A DNA stretch of 34,190 nucleotides. Origin: a virus (taxonomy: Duplodnaviria; Caudoviricetes). The notes under the pieces are model-generated. The model did not search any database, had not been told where the DNA came from, and saw only the letters and a program-made list of their open reading frames with translations. The stretch lies in the IMG/VR virus record IMGVR_UViG_3300020042_007960, positions 1 to 34,190 of that record. One strand, written 5' to 3'. Made by a program: the position numbers and the translations under genes. Of this stretch, positions 27,275-33,248 are shown piece by piece (the stretch's first letter is position 1; each line of letters begins with the position of its first letter).

Positions 27275-27320
27275 ATTATAACACAGCTGTACAGCGAATT
27301 ACATTAATGGTTCATGAGAG
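27275..27320 (-). promoter_or_regulatory. Cassette promoter P4
   Basis: CTCTCAT-N4-CATTAAT, 22 bp, TATAAT preceded by TGT, then AAACAGGTAAG. Confidence 0.78.
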
Positions 27321-27324
27321 CGCC

Positions 27325-27348
27325 GGGGGTGGGGGACCCCCTACCCCC
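27325..27348. repeat. G/C palindrome copy 4 (1-nt deletion)
   Basis: GGGGGTGGGGG-A-CCCCCTACCCCC. Confidence 0.9.
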
Positions 27349-27381
27349 TAAACCCTTTACAGGGTCTAGGGGAATTTATTT

Positions 27382-27765
27382 TTATTTTTCTGGTTTCTGG
27401 TGAAGGATAAGTATAATATCACCGTCGAATGTATCAATCTCCGCATTGGGATAATCACCCTCGCGCAATACCTCTTCACATTCTGCTTTTACAATGTGAA
27501 ATTTAACATGGTCAGCCTGAATAGGAAACTCAGGTGTAAGCATTACTTTATCCCGCATGACGTTGGGCAACAATTGAATCAAAGAAGTCCACGCGATACC
27601 ATACCAGTCGGGATGCTTAATATTTTCTTGGTCTTCTGCCTCAATACCGATATACCGCAAAATACGGTATGGTTGCGTCGGTGTCAAATAACCGTCAATA
27701 TAACTAGTATCCTCACGCAGTGCGTTCACAATAAGCGCCGCTTCATATCTAATATCACCTGACAT
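27382..27765 (-). CDS. Hypothetical protein
   Basis: 127-aa ORF, GGAGG RBS. Confidence 0.75.
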   Translation of the reverse strand: MSGDIRYEAALIVNALREDTSYIDGYLTPTQPYRILRYIGIEAEDQENIKHPDWYGIAWTSLIQLLPNVMRDKVMLTPEFPIQADHVKFHIVKAECEEVLREGDYPNAEIDTFDGDIILILHQKPEK

Positions 27766-28440
27766 CTAGTAACCTCCCTTAATAGTACCACCACAGGAAC
27801 ACGTATACGAACCAGTCTCACTATTCCAGAGTGAATCAGGCTTGAAGTTCGTCTCATCAGACTCCCAACCACCGCAAATCTTATTCCCAAAATTACCCCA
27901 CCAGCGGTTATCACACTTGTCACAATATAACATAGAATTAGACAAGCCACTCAAAAAATCGTAGTAATCTTCGTTATGGTAATCAAAGATAAACGGCTTT
28001 GAGTAACCACCACGGACGTCGGCACCATTGTGCGTTTGAACAACAATATGCTCATCACCGTTCTCATCCTCAAATCTCCAGTACTGAAAAACACCATCCA
28101 GCGTAGTCTCAAAATTGTATGTGTTTTGAGACTCAATCACCGTATACTCAGGATGTTCATCGAACCAGTCCGACAGCGTCGCAACATAATGAGTATCAGG
28201 GAATTGCTTATCATACTCATGATACGATTCTGTAAGGTCTTTGTTAAATCGCAAGTGGTCGGACAGATAGTGGTACATAGATTGTTCGTACCCGTACTCA
28301 CCAAAAGTAGCCTGCGGCAATTTATCCATCTCGACGCTTGCCAACTGTTCCCACTTACGCCCGCCGTAACCACCTGAATCCAACATGTGGCGTCCGGTGT
28401 TTTCCTTCATCATCATCGCAATAACTTCACTCGTCTTCAT
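27766..28440 (-). CDS. Hypothetical protein ('ENTGRHMLDSGG', 'THNGADVRGGYS', C-terminal Zn ribbon)
   Basis: 224-aa ORF; CDKC...CSC; AGGA RBS. Confidence 0.8.
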   Translation of the reverse strand: MKTSEVIAMMMKENTGRHMLDSGGYGGRKWEQLASVEMDKLPQATFGEYGYEQSMYHYLSDHLRFNKDLTESYHEYDKQFPDTHYVATLSDWFDEHPEYTVIESQNTYNFETTLDGVFQYWRFEDENGDEHIVVQTHNGADVRGGYSKPFIFDYHNEDYYDFLSGLSNSMLYCDKCDNRWWGNFGNKICGGWESDETNFKPDSLWNSETGSYTCSCGGTIKGGY

Positions 28441-28473
28441 CTCAAATCCTGTTCACTAATTGACTACCTGTTT

Positions 28474-28519
28474 ATTATAGCACACTTTGGTACCTGTGCA
28501 AATGAGAGGAAGATGAGAG
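28474..28519 (-). promoter_or_regulatory. Cassette promoter P5
   Basis: CTCTCAT-N4-CTCTCAT, 22 bp, TATAAT preceded by TGC, then AAACAGGTAG. Confidence 0.8.
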
Positions 28520-28538
28520 GATAAGTGTAAAGAGTTTA

Positions 28539-28562
28539 GGGGGTAGGGGGTGCCCCCGCCCC
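28539..28562. repeat. G/C palindrome copy 5 (degenerate right arm), between divergent promoters
   Basis: GGGGGTAGGGGG-TG-CCCCCGCCCC. Confidence 0.85.
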
Positions 28563-28569
28563 GCCCTAT

Positions 28570-28615
28570 TTCTAATGTTCCTCTAATAAAACTCGCCGCA
28601 ATACCATGCTATAAT
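28570..28615 (+). promoter_or_regulatory. Cassette promoter P6 (inverted cassette)
   Basis: TTCTAAT-N4-CTCTAAT, 22 bp, TATAAT preceded by TGC, then AAACAGGTAAG. Confidence 0.75.
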
Positions 28616-28648
28616 AAACAGGTAAGCAAATGAAGAGAGGAACAACGA

Positions 28649-29269
28649 ATGTTGAATTATGAACCACCAGTTGAATTTTCAATTTTTGATTTTCAAAATT
28701 TGGATTTTCGATTTTACCCCGGAAAGTATTCTTATTTTTTAAGAATCTACAATCTCAATCCGGTTTCTAGTTACTATCTGCTGGAGCAGGCGAATATGGA
28801 TTACTTGCAGGCACTCTTGGATGTTCGTATGCTTGCGGGTGTCGAGAGTTCTGAGGGGTTGAAGCCTCAGTGGCTTCCAAATGGTGACGCATGGGGCTTT
28901 GCGATTAATCCCGCAAAGTTGGACGTCAATGACTGGAACTTCCTCATTGAATTGCGCTTGCGCTTGAGCACTCGTAATCAGGATATGAGGGGCGTTCTGG
29001 ATGTAGATACTCACATGCGCTATGTTCGTGAGGAGGCAATTCGCTTCTGGGATACGCTCGACTTTGACTATCGCCTTGCGATTCTCAAAGACCTTGACCT
29101 TACAGCAGAGCATCGAAACCTCTTTGCTGGAATGAATGCGTGGGCTATTTTACAGCCTGCCTACACTGGACTGTGTTTCGATATTTGGGAGCGTCAGGCT
29201 CGTACTGGAATTATTGCGCATATTACTAAAATTATATTGGAGGCAAACTATTATGGCGTTCGTATATAA
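28649..29269 (+). CDS. Hypothetical protein
   Basis: 206-aa ORF, GAGAGG RBS. Confidence 0.75.
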   Translation: MLNYEPPVEFSIFDFQNLDFRFYPGKYSYFLRIYNLNPVSSYYLLEQANMDYLQALLDVRMLAGVESSEGLKPQWLPNGDAWGFAINPAKLDVNDWNFLIELRLRLSTRNQDMRGVLDVDTHMRYVREEAIRFWDTLDFDYRLAILKDLDLTAEHRNLFAGMNAWAILQPAYTGLCFDIWERQARTGIIAHITKIILEANYYGVRI

Positions 29270-29456
29270 CGTGTGGGTGATTGGGAATGATGGAGTTACG
29301 TATTGGTATACGCAATGTGATAGCAGTGAAGCAGCCGAGAAGCGGGAGAATGAATTCCGCCGGATTACTCCTAAGGCTAGATACAAACGAACACTAACAA
29401 CATTTACAGAAAAGGAGAATGCACATGTTGACATTCGTAAAGAATGGGCTGGATAG
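29253..29456 (+). CDS. Hypothetical protein (67 aa)
   Basis: Start moved to ATG 29253 behind GGAGG. Confidence 0.65.
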   Translation: MAFVYNVWVIGNDGVTYWYTQCDSSEAAEKRENEFRRITPKARYKRTLTTFTEKENAHVDIRKEWAG

Positions 29457-29541
29457 GGTTATTCTTCTGGGTATTTTTGTGGTTGCGACTATCTATGTTA
29501 ATGTAATAGACCGTGCACGGGCAGCCGAGTCTGAAAAATAA
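29425..29541 (+). CDS. Small membrane protein (38 aa, MLTFVKNGLDRVILLGIFVV...)
   Basis: AAGGAG RBS; read manually. Confidence 0.6.
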   Translation: MLTFVKNGLDRVILLGIFVVATIYVNVIDRARAAESEK

Positions 29542-29671
29542 AAAAAATATCAAAAAAAACCCGCAGAAAAAAAACTCTGCGGGTCCTGTATAGAAAAAAA
29601 ACGTCGAGGCTCCTAGTATAGTATAGTACTAGGAGCTTATCATTGTTTATATAAATTAGAAAAAAAAATAA

Positions 29672-29723
29672 GGGGGTAGGGGGTAGGGGGTGCCCCTGAG
29701 GGGGAGGGGCACCCCCTACCCCC
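29672..29723. repeat. G/C palindrome copy 6 (compound, expanded)
   Basis: GGGGGTAGGGGGTAGGGGGTGCCCCT-gaggggg-AGGGGCACCCCCTACCCCC. Confidence 0.9.
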
Positions 29724-29766
29724 TGTAAACACTTTACACCAGGGCGGCCGTGTAAAGTGTTTACAG
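29723..29766. repeat. 17-bp perfect inverted repeat
   Basis: CTGTAAACACTTTACAC-N10-GTGTAAAGTGTTTACAG. Confidence 0.85.
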
Positions 29767-29769
29767 CGC

Positions 29770-30492
29770 TTAGTGGTACCGGAAGCCTATCACGCGGGGC
29801 GTATCAAGGCTTGGCAACGTTGAAGGCGCACACAACATGCAGTCAATACACTTTACACGTCCGTCTGTAATCTGATTAGGGCAAATGGTCAATTTTGCAT
29901 CGCCCAACTCCTCACGCGTTGGGATATTCTTTACATTCACCACTACCGTGGTAAGCCAACCTTTGGCTCTAGCATCACGTACTTCCTCGGCGGTATCGCA
30001 CGAAGCCATAAACCATTTTTTCAATGGTTGCGTTTCTTCGTAACGCCAACCGTGGGTATATCCGATATTCTTTACACCGGCTTGGGCTACTTGTTCACAA
30101 GCCCACACTTGCGCCTGAATGTAAGCAATATCCGGCGCATCATTACTGAAAACGTCACCGGACACGTGCCAACGAACAGCGTCTACACGCTTTGCAGCCG
30201 TAACACCTTCGCCCTTGTCCAACTTGCGCAAGTCGAGGAAACGCTTTACAGATACCCGCAACTTGAGAGCATCGACGGTGCCGGCTTTTGCCTGCTGAAG
30301 ATTAGAACGCCCCTTCTTAGTGTAGCATACCGTTACACGCCCAAACGCCGAACGCTTAGCCTCGCCGAAGCCGTCGGGCTCAGGATGAAACATGCACGAC
30401 GACGGGCACGACGTGCCGGTCTCATTCCACGTAACGGCTACATTTTTGCTAGTGGTCAACTTGACGTCGCCGGAATTCATTACAAACTTCAT
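29770..30492 (-). CDS. Gp88-like Cys-rich protein (radical-SAM-like TIM-barrel remnant)
   Basis: 'TSCPSSC...CY', 'VRWHVSGD', 'GYTH', 'ASCD', 'CP...CxxCxxC', 'IGF..H' C-terminus. Confidence 0.65.
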   Translation of the reverse strand: MKFVMNSGDVKLTTSKNVAVTWNETGTSCPSSCMFHPEPDGFGEAKRSAFGRVTVCYTKKGRSNLQQAKAGTVDALKLRVSVKRFLDLRKLDKGEGVTAAKRVDAVRWHVSGDVFSNDAPDIAYIQAQVWACEQVAQAGVKNIGYTHGWRYEETQPLKKWFMASCDTAEEVRDARAKGWLTTVVVNVKNIPTREELGDAKLTICPNQITDGRVKCIDCMLCAPSTLPSLDTPRVIGFRYH

Positions 30493-30527
30493 GGTCTCTG
30501 TTCCTATCACTTTTTGGCTTATGCTTA

Positions 30528-30573
30528 ATTATACCACCGCTGGAGGGCTTGTAACATTAATTTTAGATGAGAG
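30528..30573 (-). promoter_or_regulatory. Cassette promoter P7
   Basis: CTCTCAT-N4-AATTAAT, 22 bp, TATAAT preceded by TGG. Confidence 0.75.
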
Positions 30574-30603
30574 GATTATTCTTTACGGGGTGTAAAGAGT
30601 TTA

Positions 30604-30628
30604 GGGGGTAGGGGGTCCCCCTACCCCC
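30604..30628. repeat. G/C palindrome copy 7
   Basis: GGGGGTAGGGGG-T-CCCCCTACCCCC. Confidence 0.95.
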
Positions 30629-30661
30629 TAGCGGGGGTCGTTTAGGGCTTCAGGATGCCGG

Positions 30662-30823
30662 CTAGTCCATTCGGACCATAGCCGTGCAACCTTCGGGAAC
30701 GTTCTTTTCAATCCACTTGTTAACAATATCCCATTTTGTCACGGGATTGTAGTCGGAGTACTGAAAAGAAAACTGCGTAGTATAACGAACATCGCCCACA
30801 TAATACTCAACAAAGATACGCAT
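30662..30823 (-). CDS. Small hypothetical protein (53 aa, MRIFVEYYVGD...)
   Basis: AAGGAG RBS; read manually. Confidence 0.65.
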   Translation of the reverse strand: MRIFVEYYVGDVRYTTQFSFQYSDYNPVTKWDIVNKWIEKNVPEGCTAMVRMD

Positions 30824-30848
30824 AAATACTCCTTAACTCTCTTTACTA

Positions 30849-31037
30849 CTACCAGGGCAATTCGTCGGACTCAAAGTCATCGAACGGGAAGCAGTCACGC
30901 CAAAATTCCTCATTCAGGTGCATCCACTGGTCATCCGTGAGGTCGGCTTCGATGGCATTCATCCGTTCCAACTCTTGCCAAGAGAATTCCTGATTGCCAC
31001 GGGCGATTTGGTTCCAACTCTCATCTTGGATAGGCAT
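30849..31037 (-). CDS. Small acidic hypothetical protein
   Basis: GAGGAG RBS; first gene after P8. Confidence 0.7.
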   Translation of the reverse strand: MPIQDESWNQIARGNQEFSWQELERMNAIEADLTDDQWMHLNEEFWRDCFPFDDFESDELPW

Positions 31038-31066
31038 TTGTTTCTCCTCTACTTGACTACCTTGTA

Positions 31067-31112
31067 ATTATAACATGGCAATATGCACTTTTACATGAGA
31101 GTCAGATGAGAG
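31067..31112 (-). promoter_or_regulatory. Cassette promoter P8
   Basis: CTCTCAT-N4-CTCTCAT, 22 bp, TATAAT preceded by TGT. Confidence 0.8.
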
Positions 31113-31155
31113 AAAAACCGGTCAGTTTCATCTAACTCTCATTTGACAAACGGGC

Positions 31156-31179
31156 GGGGGTGGGGCACCCCCTACCCCC
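31156..31179. repeat. G/C palindrome copy 8
   Basis: GGGGGTGGGG-CA-CCCCCTACCCCC. Confidence 0.88.
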
Positions 31180-31201
31180 TAAACTCTTTACAAAACACTA
31201 C

Positions 31202-31372
31202 TCAAGAATTTTCGGCTCTCGCACGCTCACGCCAAACAGAATCTTCGGCGCTATTTACCCACTCATCGTCACAACAGGGGCAAGCATGTTGCAATACCCA
31301 CTTAAAGTGCCGAACTGCTTTTCGCACTTCCCGCCACTTTTGTTCGTGGCGCCACTGTACTCTCTTGTGCAT
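31202..31372 (-). CDS. Small hypothetical protein (56 aa, MHKRVQWRHEQKW...CPCC)
   Basis: GAGGGA RBS; sole gene after P9; read manually. Confidence 0.6.
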   Translation of the reverse strand: MHKRVQWRHEQKWREVRKAVRHFKWVLQHACPCCDDEWVNSAEDSVWRERARAENS

Positions 31373-31411
31373 CGTATTCCCTCACACTCACTTATTGAAT
31401 CTCATAAGTCA

Positions 31412-31458
31412 ATTATACACCCGCTGGATACTAAAGTCAAATGAGAATTAGATGAGAG
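31412..31458 (-). promoter_or_regulatory. Cassette promoter P9
   Basis: CTCTCAT-N4-TTCTCAT-TTGACT, 17 bp, TATAAT. Confidence 0.82.
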
Positions 31459-31490
31459 GAATACTAAAAACTCTCATTTGACAAACGGGC

Positions 31491-31514
31491 GGCGGTGGGG
31501 CACCCCCTACCCCC
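31491..31514. repeat. G/C palindrome copy 9
   Basis: GGCGGTGGGG-CA-CCCCCTACCCCC. Confidence 0.85.
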
Positions 31515-31527
31515 TAAACCCCTTACA

Positions 31528-31779
31528 CTAGAAGAGAGTTTCGATGTAGTCTTGCATCTCGTAACTGTGTTCCATCTGCAATACGTCAACGGGAATTCCC
31601 TTGTCGAATGCTGTTCGCAAGAAAACTTGCGCATCAACATCTTCTTCCAAATAAACATCTGTAGCGTCACGTGGACTGTATCCCGAAGGAATTGTTCCCA
31701 CACGCAACATATCAAAGTGACTTACACGCATATAACCGTGACCAGTCGTTTGATAAAACTCCGCAACTACAATACTCAT
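31528..31779 (-). CDS. Hypothetical protein
   Basis: AAGGAG RBS; 'GHGY', 'SGYS', 'VYLEEDVDA' segments. Confidence 0.75.
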   Translation of the reverse strand: MSIVVAEFYQTTGHGYMRVSHFDMLRVGTIPSGYSPRDATDVYLEEDVDAQVFLRTAFDKGIPVDVLQMEHSYEMQDYIETLF

Positions 31780-31806
31780 AACATCTCCTTACTTGATTAC
31801 CTTATA

Positions 31807-31852
31807 AGTATAGCACACAAAAGAAGCTTATTACATGAGAGGAAGGTGAGAG
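31807..31852 (-). promoter_or_regulatory. Cassette promoter P10
   Basis: CTCTCAC-N4-CTCTCAT, 22 bp, TATACT preceded by TGC. Confidence 0.78.
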
Positions 31853-31884
31853 AATTAAGCAAAACTCTCATTTGACAACCGGGC

Positions 31885-31908
31885 GGGGGTGGGGCACCCC
31901 CTACCCCC
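31885..31908. repeat. G/C palindrome copy 10
   Basis: GGGGGTGGGG-CA-CCCCCTACCCCC. Confidence 0.88.
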
Positions 31909-31916
31909 TAAATCCT

Positions 31917-32162
31917 TTACCCGTTGACGTACTCAATTACCACGTCCATACGGGTACCGGCAAAGGTTGAATCGCAGATATCGCAAGGACTTCGTGAGAA
32001 GTAGTCCGCCTCATCAGAGAGGGTGTAAGCCGCTTTGGCTCCCCAACGCTGCATACCGGCTTTAAATTCTGCATCCTGTGCGGAGTCCATTGAAGTACCG
32101 TACTCAATGCACATTACACAATCAACACATACTGATACATTAGCCGTAAACTGTTCTTGCAT
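31917..32162 (-). CDS. Small Zn-binding hypothetical protein
   Basis: CVDC...'FSRSPCDIC...AGTR'; AAGGAG RBS. Confidence 0.75.
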   Translation of the reverse strand: MQEQFTANVSVCVDCVMCIEYGTSMDSAQDAEFKAGMQRWGAKAAYTLSDEADYFSRSPCDICDSTFAGTRMDVVIEYVNG

Positions 32163-32191
32163 CTCAGACTCCTTACTTAACTTGATAATTC

Positions 32192-32237
32192 ATTATACCA
32201 CGACTTTATAGCAGTTTAGATGAGGGGAAGATGAGAG
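32192..32237 (-). promoter_or_regulatory. Cassette promoter P11
   Basis: CTCTCAT-N4-CCCTCAT, 22 bp, TATAAT preceded by TGG. Confidence 0.8.
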
Positions 32238-32240
32238 AGT

Positions 32241-32265
32241 GGGGGTAGGGGGACCCCCTACCCCC
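32241..32265. repeat. G/C palindrome copy 11
   Basis: GGGGGTAGGGGG-A-CCCCCTACCCCC. Confidence 0.95.
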
Positions 32266-32276
32266 TACGGGGCTAT

Positions 32277-32408
32277 TGGTGGAGATGGAGAGAATCGAAC
32301 TCTCGTCCAGAACTATTGTCACCATCTAAGGTAACGGTTTTTCGTGTCTCTGTAAAGGCAGTTATCACTACTTGACCATACATAGCACTGTCAATACCTG
32401 GCATCCCC
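32277..32408 (-). ncRNA. Miniature tmRNA-like RNA (132 nt; tRNA-like domain intact, central region much reduced)
   Basis: 5' GGGGATG-CCAGGTATTGAC; 3' GGAC-GAGAG-TTCGATT-CTCTC-CATCTCC-ACCA; G3.U70 pair and A73. Confidence 0.8.
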
Positions 32409-32417
32409 GTATATTAG

Positions 32418-32486
32418 TGTCACTGGTAGGAATCGAACCTACGTCCTGATTCTTACGAATCTTCCCGACCACTGGGCGACAGTGAC
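32418..32486 (-). ncRNA. tRNA-like RNA with a GNRA tetraloop in place of the anticodon loop
   Basis: GTCACTG/CAGTGAC stem, CCC-AGTGGTC-GGG D arm, GATTC-GTAA-GAATC, GTAGG-TTCGATT-CCTAC. Confidence 0.75.
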
Positions 32487-32489
32487 AAA

Positions 32490-32571
32490 TGGTCACTCTG
32501 TGAAGAATCGAACTCCACACCACAAAGAAGTAATTCCGGAATTCCTTCTAAGTCCGGCACCAGCCAAAGCG
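32490..32571 (-). ncRNA. Third tRNA-like RNA (acceptor stem + T arm + CCA, atypical middle)
   Basis: CGCTTTG/CAGAGTG-A-CCA, TGGAG-TTCGATT-CTTCA, AGAAG..CTTCT long hairpin. Confidence 0.6.
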
Positions 32572-32575
32572 ATAA

Positions 32576-32665
32576 CTAGACTTCATCAAACAGGGCTTGA
32601 GCAACGGCGCTGAATAAAGCCGCCCGAACTAACAACACCGCAACAACAATCAGAATCAGAATCAC
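32576..32665 (-). CDS. Hydrophobic micro-protein (29 aa, MILILIVVAVLLVRAALFSAVAQALFDEV)
   Basis: AGGAG RBS, GTG start, first in the P12 transcript. Confidence 0.55.
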   Translation of the reverse strand: MILILIVVAVLLVRAALFSAVAQALFDEV

Positions 32666-32693
32666 AATCACTCCTATCACTAACTTATATCTA

Positions 32694-32739
32694 AGTATAC
32701 CATGACTTTGTCTAAAGTAAAATGAGAGAATGATTAATC
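32694..32739 (-). promoter_or_regulatory. Cassette promoter P12 (drives the tRNA-like cluster)
   Basis: GATTAAT-N4-CTCTCAT, 22 bp, TATACT preceded by TGG. Confidence 0.75.
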
Positions 32740-32799
32740 CCACTCAGGGTCAAACACCAGCGGTTCCCACTCGAGAATCATCGAAAGAATCGGAAACAT
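32734..32799 (-). CDS. Micro-peptide (21 aa, MFPILSMILEWEPLVFDPEWD)
   Basis: AGGGGA RBS; only ORF between P13 and P12. Confidence 0.5.
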   Translation of the reverse strand: MFPILSMILEWEPLVFDPEWD

Positions 32800-32829
32800 C
32801 TTAAATCCCCTATCACTAACTTACACTTA

Positions 32830-32875
32830 AGTATACCACGACTTGATAGCGATTTACATGAGAGGAAGATGAGAG
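32830..32875 (-). promoter_or_regulatory. Cassette promoter P13
   Basis: CTCTCAT-N4-CTCTCAT, 22 bp, TATACT preceded by TGG. Confidence 0.8.
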
Positions 32876-32878
32876 AGT

Positions 32879-32903
32879 GGGGGTAGGGGGACCCCCTACC
32901 CCC
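32879..32903. repeat. G/C palindrome copy 12
   Basis: GGGGGTAGGGGG-A-CCCCCTACCCCC. Confidence 0.95.
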
Positions 32904-32929
32904 TAAGGAGTGTAAAGATTTACAGTGGA

Positions 32930-33136
32930 CTAGGAGGATTTATCCTCATCCTCATCACGAAGCCTGTCCAGGGCTTCCCAGTCATTCAAACCGGGGAAAC
33001 GGCGTTTAGCCTCCTCCAGCCGGGCTTGAGCCCGGGCGGCTTTAGCGTCCGCTTTAGCGCGGTCGCTAGGCTTTACAGCCACACGTCCAACGTAGCGCAT
33101 CATTTCGCTATTGAACACATCTTTTGCTTTAGTCAT
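32930..33136 (-). CDS. Hypothetical protein (68 aa)
   Basis: Start moved to ATG 33136 behind AAGGAG. Confidence 0.7.
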   Translation of the reverse strand: MTKAKDVFNSEMMRYVGRVAVKPSDRAKADAKAARAQARLEEAKRRFPGLNDWEALDRLRDEDEDKSS

Positions 33137-33165
33137 TTGAGACTCCTTACTTAACTTCATAATTC

Positions 33166-33211
33166 ATTATACCATAGATTTATAGCGGTTTACATGAGAG
33201 TAAGATGAGAG
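33166..33211 (-). promoter_or_regulatory. Cassette promoter P14
   Basis: CTCTCAT-N4-CTCTCAT, 22 bp, TATAAT preceded by TGG. Confidence 0.8.
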
Positions 33212-33214
33212 AGT

Positions 33215-33239
33215 GGGGGTAGGGGGACCCCCTACCCCC
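33215..33239. repeat. G/C palindrome copy 13
   Basis: GGGGGTAGGGGG-A-CCCCCTACCCCC. Confidence 0.95.
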
Positions 33240-33248
33240 TACGGGGTA

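Noticed and set aside
32277-32310. tmRNA 3' end as a simple attP/att duplication
   Set aside because: A complementary tmRNA-type 5' end and helix 2 are present within the same 132-nt span, and no integrase is nearby
32490-32571. tRNA-Sec or tRNA-Pyl
   Set aside because: No UCA or CUA anticodon in a 7-nt loop, and the arm lengths do not fit
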